NCBI GenBank assembly: GCA_965112155.1
Contig: OZ218105.1
Length of the DNA stretch: 64,000 bases
Direction: 5' to 3' (one strand)
From: Podarcis liolepis
Taxonomy: Eukaryota
This document shows, piece after piece, positions 24,693 through 36,396 of this stretch. The position numbers and the translations under genes were made by a program. Numbering within the stretch: the first letter of the stretch is position 1; every line of letters starts with the position of its first letter. The notes below the pieces were generated by a model. That model was given only the letters and a program-made list of their open reading frames with translations, made no database searches and was not told the DNA's origin.

Positions 24693-24827
24693 CTTAAGAG
24701 GATCAATGTAAACAACAAAGCCAACAACACTTAACAAAATTTAGGAACATAAACAAAAAAATCACTAGCCAGAACCTCCCCCAGTCGAAGCAGATCGCAG
24801 TGATTCATACTCAATGCAAAAGAAATA

Positions 24828-25067
24828 CAGTGGTACCTCAGGTTGCATACACTTCAGGTTACATACGCTTCAGATTACACTCCGCTAACCCAGAAATAGT
24901 ACCTCAGGTTAAGAACTTTGCTTCAGGATGAGAACAGAAATCGTGCTCCGGTGGCACAGCGGCAGCAGGAGGCCCCATTAGCTAAAGTGGTGCTTCAGGT
25001 TAAGAACAGTTTCAGGTTAAGAACGGACCTCCGGAATGAATTAAGTACTTAATCCGAGGTACCACTG
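24828..25067. mobile_element. Tc1/mariner (Tigger-like) MITE
   Basis: TIR CAGTGGTACCTC / GAGGTACCACTG with TA on both sides; internal TCAGGTT repeats. Confidence 0.9.
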
Positions 25068-25746
25068 TAATGCAGATGAAAATCATATTACTATTATGCC
25101 TTCCATACCTCTAAAGACGCTGCTGGTAACTGTTGTTGTATGTTACTCCTATGAGCCTAAGCAATAAAGTTCCACCAAATAGTGTAAAAGGTTGGGTCTC
25201 TCTACTTCCCTTGCAGGATTCTCAGCTGTTGTGTCATTCTCCTCAAAGATAGCAATGTTTCAGGTATTACCATACCATACATAAAGTTTGAACAATTGAT
25301 AGGTTCATGGCATGAAATCATGCTGAAATAAATCATCCTCAAATAAAGACAATAAACTGTGTATCGCTTTTCCAACTCTGAATGTGTGTGTGTGTGTGTG
25401 TGTCTCCCATATTTTTAAATCTCACAAAAAGACATGTCAGTCAAAAATGAAAATCGACTGATTGACTTACAAGTGAAATGTGCAAGACTCCAAAGGGAAG
25501 GGTAGTGGAGGACAAAGGTACACAAGAGATATCAGGCAGACCTGGCCTGAACAAAGTGGTACCTCCACAATAGTTTCCTGCTGAAAACCACCTGTCCTAG
25601 ACTCCAAAAACCTGCATATGAGCAGAGTGAAAATTAAGGAAAACACTGCTGAGGAAGGACCTAGCCATGAGAAGAGTAAATGAAGACAACTCTGATGGTA
25701 AGATGATTCTGGCACACTATTGATATGATGCAGAGTCACTTAGAGT

Positions 25747-25965
25747 CAGTGGCGCAGCTTCATGCTCCAGCACCAGGGGGCGGGGCTGGCGTGCGTCCCG
25801 GGGGCACCACCCGCAGGGGCATGACGTGTGTCCTGGGGGCGGGGCACGCCACCTGCAGGGGCATGGCGACCAGTGCAGGCAGAGGGGCAGCCGCGATGGC
25901 ACCCCACCGGGATTGCGCTGCCAGGGGCAGTGTGCTCCCCCCGCACCCCTCTTCATCCGCCAGTG
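25747..25965. mobile_element. GC/CpG-rich hAT-like MITE
   Basis: Termini CAGTGGCG / CGCCAGTG; perfect 8-bp TSD CTTAGAGT (25739-25746, 25966-25973). Confidence 0.88.
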
Positions 25966-28259
25966 CTTAGAGTAAGACTGTCTATGCATTATTATACCTT
26001 CAAAGTACTTTTCCTCCCTCAAAGAATTCTGGGCACTATGGTTTGCTAAGGGTTTCTGGGAACTGCAGTTCTGAAAGGAGAAAACTACAATGCCCAAAAT
26101 TCTTTGAGAGGAGAAAACGTGATTTGAGCCTGTTGATATATGTGGGTTTGTGCTGGCAAATTTGAGCTACTAACTTGAAGCCTCAGTTCCATCTGTAAAA
26201 TGGGAATTAGGGAACAGTCTTATGAGAGTGAACATGATGTGGACTGTGATGCACAATTAAAGTAAATCAAAGTACAACTTCGTAATTAAATGCAGTTTTT
26301 AATTATCAATATTAGTAAAAGTATGTTTTAGCATCAATTCAGACAGATCTGTATGATGAATGGTGGTTATTCCCAGATAGGACCTGATCAAATCCGCTTT
26401 GTGCAGATTTTGTACTTGGGTAAGAAGTGTGAGGTTGAATTCAGTGTTTCCTTGTGGTTGTGCCACTTTAGAAGACATGTGACCATTGCACTCATTCAAA
26501 CAGGTTCAAACTTCTTCATGCTGAGTAGGAAGAAGTGAAGCATGGAAAGGCACATGTAGAAGAAAACATGCCTGCACTCACTGCACTCACTTGCTGGGTT
26601 ACTTGTGGCCACTGTGTAAATCCAGGAATAAAAGAATTGGAAACACCAGATCTCCCAACTGTCCTTATTTTCCAGGGACAGTCTTGGATTTACAGAAGCC
26701 ATCCCAGTTTCTGATTTGATCCTTTAATGTCCTGCTTTTCCTTAGGACATCCTGCTTTTCATCAGAGAAATTTTGAAAGGGGATGGAATAGGTTGTCCCT
26801 CTTTTCATTGGAAGGTATGGAATTAACATCAGCAGAAACAAAACATAGCTCTTAGGAGTACCTATACAGCATGTCTTTTTGCTGACCAAACTAAACATAT
26901 AACTTGGGGGCATGCTTGATTTCCTGATTGTCATAAAATCTGAATGCCTGATCCACATTACAGATAAAGATGTAATCCTATAACACTTTATGGGGAGAAA
27001 GTTTCATTGAACTGGAAGGTTCTTACTTCTGAGAATTCCACTGCCTGTTGTGCTAAAGGCCAAACTAGATGGGATGTTGGAGACATCTGATCATATTTCC
27101 CTTGTCTGTTTCTCTCTTCCTCCCTCTGCATTATTTTAAAAGGAACCTTGCTCCCTTCCCAAAGTGGATTAGGACCATAGCCCTGAAGGATAATTCTTAA
27201 GGGTTTCTCACTGTGCTTTAAATCATACCCCCTCCACAAGCTATTGTTTGCCCCTTCAGGGTTGGGGAAATAATATTTAAATCCACATCTCTGTGACATT
27301 TGAACCAGACAGCTAGTATCATTTACATTTTCATATTTTCATAGGAAACAGATTGCTCCTGCCAGCCAGGTCAAAGATAAAAGGCCCTGGAGATGATGCC
27401 ATATCCAGAAAAGAAAAAGGAAAAAAAAATTACTAAACATGTCTCATATCAATTCTGGCAAGTCACTTCCTCTTACAAAGCTTCTGGCAATCCAGAAGAT
27501 CATGTTGCAGTAAAGAAGCATCTCTAAGGTGTCAGAGGACAATCTCTTCAGTTTTCAAACAACCCAACATTGCTACTCTTCTAGAGTTTATCTTTATAGA
27601 ATGAGCTAGCCACCCTACTATGTCCTGGAGCAATTTGAAACAAAGTTTAGGCTCCTTGCGATGCTCTTTATACCTAGTAAAAAAAGTGTTCCTACATATC
27701 AGCATAGAAATTGCCTTCAAAATGAAAGCCCTTAAATAACTACCTCTTAAAGCTCTTTAGACACGACATCTTTTCCAACCTCTCTCTGTATGTAGAATGC
27801 AATTCACATGAATGCTTCTAGCACCCTCTAGTGACATGTTGCTGGTTTTGTTAAGACAATCTTAATAGTAGTGCTACAATGGACTTCAAGAAACATGGCA
27901 AAACTAATAAATGTTGCCTTGCACTAGTCAGTCATAGTAGGTCTTTCCTTCTAGTGAGCTAATGTGCTCACTATACCCAGTGGTTTTTGCTTTTTGTTTT
28001 TCAGGGAAAAAGGTCCCTAGGTGACAATCTGTGGCAAACACTTAAGTCATAAATATACTGCAATACAAATCATATTGCAAAGTTAAAAACATGTTCTACT
28101 TTCACTAAGACTTTGAATACAAAAGTGTGTCAGTACAATTAACTAGTGCGAATCTTAGGCATACATTGTAATTTTTGGTAAATAGTATACTGGTATAACA
28201 TTTGCTGATGCAGCAAGTTATGGGTTTGTATAACAATTTGATCACAATAAATCTCCATT

Positions 28260-28482
28260 ACTACCGCTACTACTACTACTACAATATCTAACATTTCCTC
28301 CAAGGAGCTCAAGATGGCATTCATGGTTCTCCCCCCTCCCCCATTTTATTCTGTGAAATAAGTTAGGCTGAAAGATGGTGGTTGGCCCAGTGTCACCCAG
28401 TGAGCTTCATGGCTGAGCAGTGATTTGAACTCTGGTCTCTAGGGCCCTAGGCCAACACTCTAACTACTACACCACAGTGGCT
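28260..28482 (-). mobile_element. MIR/CORE-like tRNA SINE
   Basis: Minus-strand tRNA head (TGTGGTGTAGTAGTTAG ... GAGTTCAAATC) followed by the AGCCATGAAGCTCACTGGGTGAC core; similar relic at ~46000-46140. Confidence 0.65.
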
Positions 28483-31184
28483 TTCACTGAGTCATTAAAA
28501 AAAATGTTTTCATGCTTATTTATAACAGGCATTATTTGCCATAGATAAAGTCGTATATTCCCATGGATGTTACAAATTTTGCAATATATTTGGGCGTACA
28601 TTCAAATTCTTCTTACAGTATGACATCCACTGTTCAGTCCACCCTGACTTGGCAACTGAAGTTCCATAGCACGAAGTTGCATTCTTAAGCCTACCAAAGA
28701 AGACCATTGCTCAAGTGAAAAATCTTGCGCTGTCTGGTATTTGAATAGAACTAACCTTAAATTAAATATTATAGAAGTCATTGTATATGGGCTTCAGTTG
28801 GAGCAAATGTACTGTATTATACCTTTGGCTACAGTTCCACATGTTGGAATCCTTGAGTTCAACTTCTCAGCAGACCATAAAACAGTCACAACGCTCAGCA
28901 TATCAGTAAATCTGATTGATTGGTTAATATCACCCAAGTTCAAAGTAACACGTCCTGTCAAGACAAGTGGTATTTTCTTTAGTAATTTACCACTTCCTTC
29001 TTCCTCAAATCCAGTAGACAAAATAACAATGGAGAGGGAGAAGGAGGTCAGGTTGCTCCAAGCATTTTAAGAAACAAGAATGTTTTGGCATAAATTAAGT
29101 CTAACCTGTTACTATAAACATCAGCAGCCCTGAGTGGGAAGGCACGAGTGGAGCCCCACCTAAGTCAATGAAATATGTACATAGTTCAGACATACAAGTT
29201 AAATCCCAGGCTGCAACAATAAAGAGTAAGAACCCCAAGCCTTTTCCCAGGTTTTATCTAAGCAGGCATCGGTGCCCAGAGAGCGGCAATTCGGCTACTA
29301 ATTTCTTCTCTGAAAGAATTGTGCTTCCTCTGTTTGTATAGAACTTCCTTCAGTGTTAACAACTGGGCCAGCCTAACATGTTAAAATACAATACCCCCAT
29401 GCTACAATTGTTGTCACCTGTCTTTTTTCATCCCCTGAGTTGCAGACAAGCCACACCTAAACTGAGTGAGGAAAATCTGAAGGCTATTTTTATGAACAGG
29501 GAAGTAGGGGCAATTTTGGTTTTTAGGCTTTCTGCCATTTAAAGCCTACATTGAGCCTCTGTTTCTGAACATACAGAAGCTGCTGCTCAAAAGATGTACT
29601 ATAAGAAATCTGTAAGAAATACACATGAATTATTTCTATCTCAGGTGGGACCCTAAAATGGCTTACATCCAGAAAAGAATACAAACAGACAATAAAATAT
29701 AACACGGTCATTCGAAACAGCAGAGAGACATTCAAAACCAAATCAAATAACTGGTGGAATAACAACCAACATATCTACCATTTCTCTAAAAACTGCAGGA
29801 GAAGGAACCTGCCAAACCTCTCTAGGGAGAAGTTTCCACAGCCTGGGTGCCATACAAATCTGGCTTTACCAAGAGTCCATTGTAATCTATCTCAGTACCA
29901 TAGTGATTTTATACCTCAGGTATTCAAGTGAGGACCAGAGGGACATCAGGTAACAATATGGAGTTCAGTGACACTAGAAAAGGAAGTTCTCTTCCACCAG
30001 TATGACAGAATATACCATGTGATATGCCTTGGCTCCTATAAAAGCTTGCTATGTTTTCCACATCCTTTCAGCAATTAGTTGGGGATACCTTGCACTTTGT
30101 CAGTTGTTAGAAAACAGTGTAACCCATGAATGCTCTTCCATTGGAACAGTAGGTTGATTGGGTCAGAAATAATCTACCCCAATTGTCCATGGATATATAA
30201 AAGAAGCCCTAATGTGCATATTATGACGCTTCCATTTTAACTGAGGAGAAAGTAAGTGGTCTCAAGCAATTATGTGAAGTGCAATTGGATTTATATGAAT
30301 AGTCTTGTGATGTTGGAATTGTCTCAGCCTCTATTCTCTTGATAGTAGACAATGTTATAGCCTCTCCCAAAGGTCTGTTGAAAGGATAGTAAAATTCTTC
30401 CTAGATCCATATAATTGTGGAATTTTTAAACTCAAGACTTAACTTAATGGATTATGTCCCTCACAAATTTAGGAGCGGGGATGCTTTGTAGGGCGACAGC
30501 CTAGGTTCTCTGGTGCCAGAGGGCTTAGCACAGAATTTTGAAGGCTATGCATAATAAATCCAGTTCAGAATGAGCACAGGCAAAGGTACAGAAGACATTT
30601 CTAAAACTTATGCTTGATTCACATTTGTGTGATGTGCTTTTTCCAAGAATACAGCAGCCATCAGAACCAGAATCCCTGACCCCCCCCCAGACCTCTGTTA
30701 TTTTCAGTGAACTCATTGCTGGAGTTAGCTAGACAGCCAATGTATAGTTAAAGAAAATGACTCTTTCCTTAAATCTGGCAATGGGAGCAAATGGGAGCAT
30801 TTATAATGATGCTAGCTCTTGTTTTCAGGCTGAAGGGAGCCCCAGGACCAGTTTGTCCTGTCCCTATGAAAAAGCATCTCTTTGAATGCAATCCCAGAGG
30901 TATTGCAGTACAATCATAAATATGTTTGCTTAGGAGGAAACTCCACCATGTTCAATGGAATTTGGTTTGAAGTAAAATGCTTAAGATGAAGTCCAATGTT
31001 GTGTGAGTAGAGATTCACTCATGCAACACAACTTCCCCTGCCTCCACCCTAGGAGCGAGAGATGTGAGGATTGCACCTTTGAAGTTGCGTTATGGTGATG
31101 GTGGTGGTGGTGGGGGAGAGATCACATTCACACCATACATTTAAAGGACTATGCCACTTGCCTCTCCAAAAAGATATGGGAGAA

Positions 31185-31700
31185 TGGGATGCTAATGTCC
31201 AATACCAATATGAAGGTCTACCAGGCTCAGGTGTTGAGCACACTACTTTATGGAAGTGAGTCATGGGCAACTTAAACTACCAGGAGTGACAACTCAACGC
31301 CTTCCGCATTTCCTGCATCAGGAAGATTTTGGACACCACATGGCAGGACAAAGTCTCAAACAAAGATAAGCTCTCCCAAGCTCACATTCCCAGCATGTTT
31401 GCACTCAGCAATGTCTATACTGGCTTGGTCATGTCTACAGAATGGCAGATGGCAGGATCCCCAAGGGGAGTCGGCTTCAGGCACCAAGCCCATTGGCAGA
31501 CCAACTCTGTATTACAAAAATGTCTGTAAATGAGACATCATCAACGTTGCCAGGTGGGAATCCCTTGCAAACGACTGCAGTGCTTGGAGACAGTCAAGTC
31601 ATGTATCCATAGCAGTGACCAGAGGAGGAATGACTGCTGGGAGGAACGCAGAGAGAAGAAACACCTAGACACACTCCTCCATTGTCTCCTGAGACAGATG
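31185..31700 (+). mobile_element. Decayed RTE-clade LINE 3' fragment
   Basis: Frameshifted KVYQAQVLSTLLYGSESWAT ... CIRKILDTTWQDKVSN, typical of RTE ORF C-termini. Confidence 0.8.
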
Positions 31701-32003
31701 GATGCCAACAACCACTTAAACAGTCATGGTTCCCCCCCCCAAATAATTTTGGGAGCTGTAGTTTGTTTAGGTGCTGAGAAAATATTGGCTGACTGAATGC
31801 ATGCATGGGGAGTGAGGTTGGGGTGGGAACAGGACCATGCCAACTCATTCTGCCCTCACCGTCTGGGCCCCTTCAGTCCTTCAGGTGAACATACAGAGGT
31901 GGGGCCAGCCAGTACAATCTCTCACCTGCCTCCCTGTGCTTGGAAAGGTCTGAAATGTCTCCTCGATTTTCTTTTATTATACATTACTAGAGGAGAGAGG
32001 AAC

Positions 32004-32353
32004 GGGATGCAGGTGGCGCTGTGGGTTAAACCACAGAGCCTAGGACTTGCCGATCAGAAGGTTGGCGGTTCGAATTCCCATGAGGGGTGAGCTCCCGTTG
32101 CTCGGTCCCTGCTCCTGCCAACCTAGCAGTTCGAAAGTACGTCAAAGTGCAAGTAGATAAATAGGTACTGCTCCGGCGGGAAGGTAAACGGTGTTTCGGT
32201 GTGCTGCTCTGGTTTTCCAGAAGCGGCTTATTCATGCTGGCCACATGACCAGGAAGCTGTACGCCGGCTCCCTCGGCCAATAAACCGAGATGAGTGTTGC
32301 AACCCCAGAGTTGGTCACAACTGGACCTAATGGTCAGGGGTCCCTTTACCTTT
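32004..32353 (+). mobile_element. Sauria SINE, full length
   Basis: Head GGGATGCAGGTGGCGCTGTGGG, B-box GGTTCGAATTCC, tail CCTTTACCTTT; flanks tagaggagagagga / taggggagagagga. Confidence 0.95.
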
Positions 32354-35300
32354 TTAGGGGAGAGAGGAGGAGGAGCAGCAGCTCTGGGGATCCTATTATC
32401 AGTGGCAGTCCACATGTTCTCCCACAAGATGTCCTTTACTCCTGATTCTGTGTCTGTTAAGGATGGTCTTTAAGCTTCCTCGCTTCTGAGATTTCGGTAT
32501 TTGTTGAGTTAAACATTGCAGAGTGCTTACATGGCCCCACCCATGTGTGTCTACTTCCAGCTGACCATAAACCTTTATTGTATGTAAGAGTAGCCTCCCA
32601 AAAGGTGCACTGAGTTGCTCACAGTATCAGTGAGTCAGTGTTTGATGGGAGTAGCTTAGGGTGCCTGGTACCAGCTAGAGCAGGGAGGCTGGCCAGCAAC
32701 AATACCCCTGCAATCAAGCTTCATGACAGCCTTAACAGCAGACTGTAAATAATAAAGGCATTCCCCCTGCCTCCCTGATTGGCAGGGAGCTGTGTGTCAG
32801 AGTAAACAGCAAGAATTGCAACAGTCCTTGTTGTGCAAATAAGTAGAGGCACATCTTCCCACTTGTTCTTTTTCTGGGTACTAGCACACAGAGCTTGTAC
32901 ATACATGAAGGCCAATTTCTCAACAGGCTAGACATGTGATGAAGCAGCAACTCCTCCATACATGGGCTATCATCCTACAAAGGAAATGTGTGACTATTTT
33001 ACCACTCCACCTCACCCCCACCAAAAAGCACATTCAGGATTTTTGGGGGTGAATTCAGCAAGTTTAATTGCGTTGTTACATCACCTCTATTGTCTGTTAA
33101 TATTTGCTTAAGCAAAATACACAAATTAGTTTAAGATATCACCATCATTTATTTGTGAGATGCATTTCCATAGTTAAGCCATGCTCCAGATGGCATACAT
33201 ACAGCATCAAAAATTCTTACATAATTCACTTTAACAGTTGCAAAAAATATAACAAAATTTATGCTGACATAAACAAAACAAAAATAAGTATACAATGAAA
33301 TTTAAATAAAGCGTGCACTGCCAAATGGCATGAGCATACAGTATAAAGGTGATTTGCTTTGTGAGCATGCACTTTGGATGCAATGATTCTAGCATCTTTC
33401 CTGTAAGATAATTACATTTATTGCTGTTTTCTGTGTATGCAATTAATCTTATGTAATCTGGCTTGTAGTCTGCAAGGCGGGGGTAGAGATGTTGAAGCTA
33501 GTTTCTGGAAAGGATCCAGTGTTTTGTCAGAGGGATTTAATTGCAATTAGGAAAGTGGTGGGAAACACATGAAAAAGTGTGGGATAAGTTATTGTTCGAC
33601 AGCGAGACAATCAAGTTTGATGAACTGAATGCTCGTTGTTGTATAATCTCCCCACAAGCAAATCAGAATGACCATTCAGTAAAGAGTGGTCAGTGTATAA
33701 CCCCAGTGTAAGCATTTTGCAAGTGACTCAGGATGCAAGTGCAATAAACATGTTGATCTGGAGGAGCCTAGGAAGGCCCTTTCCAAAGCTATTCAAATAG
33801 CTTTCCAAAGCTATTTGAAACTTCAGGCTCTTGCAATGTTAGCTGTTAGCTGTGACACTCTGCTGATTGCCAGCTTCCATTCTTTCAGCCTATACATGAT
33901 CAATGTCCCTCCCCCTTTCCTTTTGTTGTTGTTGTTGATCAAATCCTGACTTGTAATGCAGGGCAGACTAGCAATATTTATGTTAGAATGTTCATCTGGC
34001 TATGTGGTATCCAAGGATACTAAGAGTATAATGTTAAAAGTCATTGACAAGTGGTGAGTTATAACCGTAGAAACCGTTTTGGTGTTAAAAATTACTTGGA
34101 GAGCAGGGGCTGGGGAAAACAAAACCTGACAGGGCTGGACATCCATCATTCACTCCCAGTGGCATTTTAAAGGAGCCAAGGACTTGCAAAGTAGGCATGG
34201 AAGGCCATTATGCGAAGTCAGCTGTGGAGATTTAAGGCTCAGCAGCTGTATGTGTGGTGATGGAACAGAAGACAGTGGGTGATAGACAAGAAAGGGGGAA
34301 TGCGGCAGCTGAGAATGAAAGACAAGAAATAAACTTTACCCCCACTCCCCACCCCAAAAATGTACAAGAGAATTCAGACAATAGGCCTTCTGGAGACTGA
34401 TGCTTTTCACAGTCCGAGTGGATTTTGATGACCAGGTTCATCAATTTGAATTTATCTGAGGATGCAATGAGCAGTCTATCATTCATACTCCCTTCCTATC
34501 ATTTCTCTGTCTGTTAAATGGGAATGATGTTGACCTACTGAGAATGAATAAGGCTATATGATGTTGTCATGTGTTTTAATCTGGCTTTTAGCTTATCGTT
34601 GATTTTTATTATTTTTGAATGTTTGAAATAGTTTTTAAAACAATTTTTATTGATATTTTATTGTTTTATTCCTTTTTGTAAATTCCTTTGAATTAAAAAA
34701 AAAATTACAATCAAGCTTGTGCATAAATTTTATGAAATAAATGAATGTTGTGCCAGCAGCTTGGAGAGTGGTAGGGAGAGGGAACAATAACTAAGGTATA
34801 TGCAGGCTGAAGTGTGTTATAAATGCCCACAACTTCCATTAGTCATGGAGTTTGGTGTACCCATAGGGTTTAGATCCAGTCCCCAGGCAACTCGACCACA
34901 GCCTACTCCCACTGTCCTGCCCACTTATTAAGATAACATTTGGGAGCGGCAGGAATCTTGGGCCCACTACATTGCATCCCGATAATGTGGGTCCATCCTA
35001 TGACAACAGTTAAATGATAGACCAAAAATGTTGCTACAAAGAAGTCAACTCCCTCTCCTTCCTCCCACTGTGGGGACCAATCATGAATGTGGGTATAGTT
35101 CTTCCTCAGTCTCATCAACCAGCATCCAACCTCTGTCCACAACAAGGCACTAACGTTAGGGTGGGGAAGTCCAGGACGGCAGTGGTCAAAGCTGGAGATG
35201 GACCTCTGATTCATGACCTAGGAATGGACTAGTGAGGAAGATTTCCTCCCAGGTCCACCTCAAGGTTCCATCTCCAGAAATCAGCTGGCACAGCCTCACA

Positions 35301-35981
35301 GCTGGTTGTGACCTATATTATGTTGGGTGGCTACTAGCCACTGGCCAAACACAGAAGGAGAAGATTCAGGCTGGTCCCTCTGCCTCCTGCAGGACAGGCA
35401 CAAAGTCCCCTACACCACCCTTGTAAGGCTTGTTAATATGCAGCTTTTATTATTAATAATAATAATGCTTGGAGTCCACAAATGGATTTCTACTTTACCA
35501 TCTGGTGGGTATGAAAGAAAGTCCATGTTCTCATTTCTTTATCTTTTGGTCAAATGGGTGTGAATTTACTGGAAGAATACACTTAGTTTAAACGCCCACC
35601 AGAAATGCCAGGTGTTAAAGCAAAGTTGTGGCATGTAAAATAGCTTTTAAAGGGAGGCATTAATACCTGTAATTCATTACCAGCTGTATGCAGTCTGCAG
35701 TCCATTGCTTCTTAACTCAGCTTTAATGTTCTTCTTGGATGACTCTTCCCTTTGAGTAAGAGCTCAAAAGAACATCTTTAGACAATTTCTAAATGTCTGC
35801 CTCCTCGGCTCGTATTATTAAACCGTATGTTATCAAGCATTGTTCTTTCTTTGCTTTCTCAGCTATCAACCATATTGTAAAATGCAATCCATCAGCTGCT
35901 TACTTGAGTTTCCTAGCCATTTCACTAAAGTCTTTGTGAATTTTCTGGAACTGATTCAGACAAGTGGACTGCAGATTACAG

Positions 35982-36396
35982 CTAGGAATGTAGGAGAAAT
36001 GTGATTTTGCTTGCTTTTTAATGACAAATTACACTTGTCAAACCAATATGCAGACTGAAAAGCAGATGTCCTTCAAAATTCACATTTCTCTGAATTTTGT
36101 GGTGCCATTCCTCAGCCTAATAATATATAGAAAAATGCATATAGTAGGGGCAACTGTGCATAAAAGCAACAAATATTAGTGAGAATAACATACAAAATGC
36201 ATTATAGCAGGGAAAATTCCTTGCCAAAATGTGTATATTAGTCAAAACTGCATATAAAATGTGTATATTGGGATAAATTTGTACAAAAACGCTGACAAAT
36301 TTTTCATGAGGGCGTGTTCACAAGTCTGGTGTGTACAAGAAAGTTGTGGGCAGGGAATGGAGATGGCGGGAAGTAAGACTAAATTATCTATCCCTA
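35982..36396. mobile_element. Old non-autonomous DNA element
   Basis: Shares CAC(A)TTTCTC(T/C)GAATTTTG and AAAATGCAT motifs and TAGG(A/G)ATG/ATCCCTA ends with relics at ~56590-56883, ~37740-37903 and ~62690-62880. Confidence 0.45.

Noticed and set aside
28823-28944. Possible minus-strand exon RVTLNLGDINQSIRFTD...
   Set aside because: Weak donor (GTATAA) and unrecognised peptide; cannot be supported from sequence alone.
29418-29609. Minus-strand acceptor/donor pair
   Set aside because: Stops in all three frames and it abuts an L2 relic.
32004-32085. tRNA gene (A/B boxes)
   Set aside because: This is the tRNA-derived head of a SINE; no cloverleaf. The same applies to the other SINE heads.
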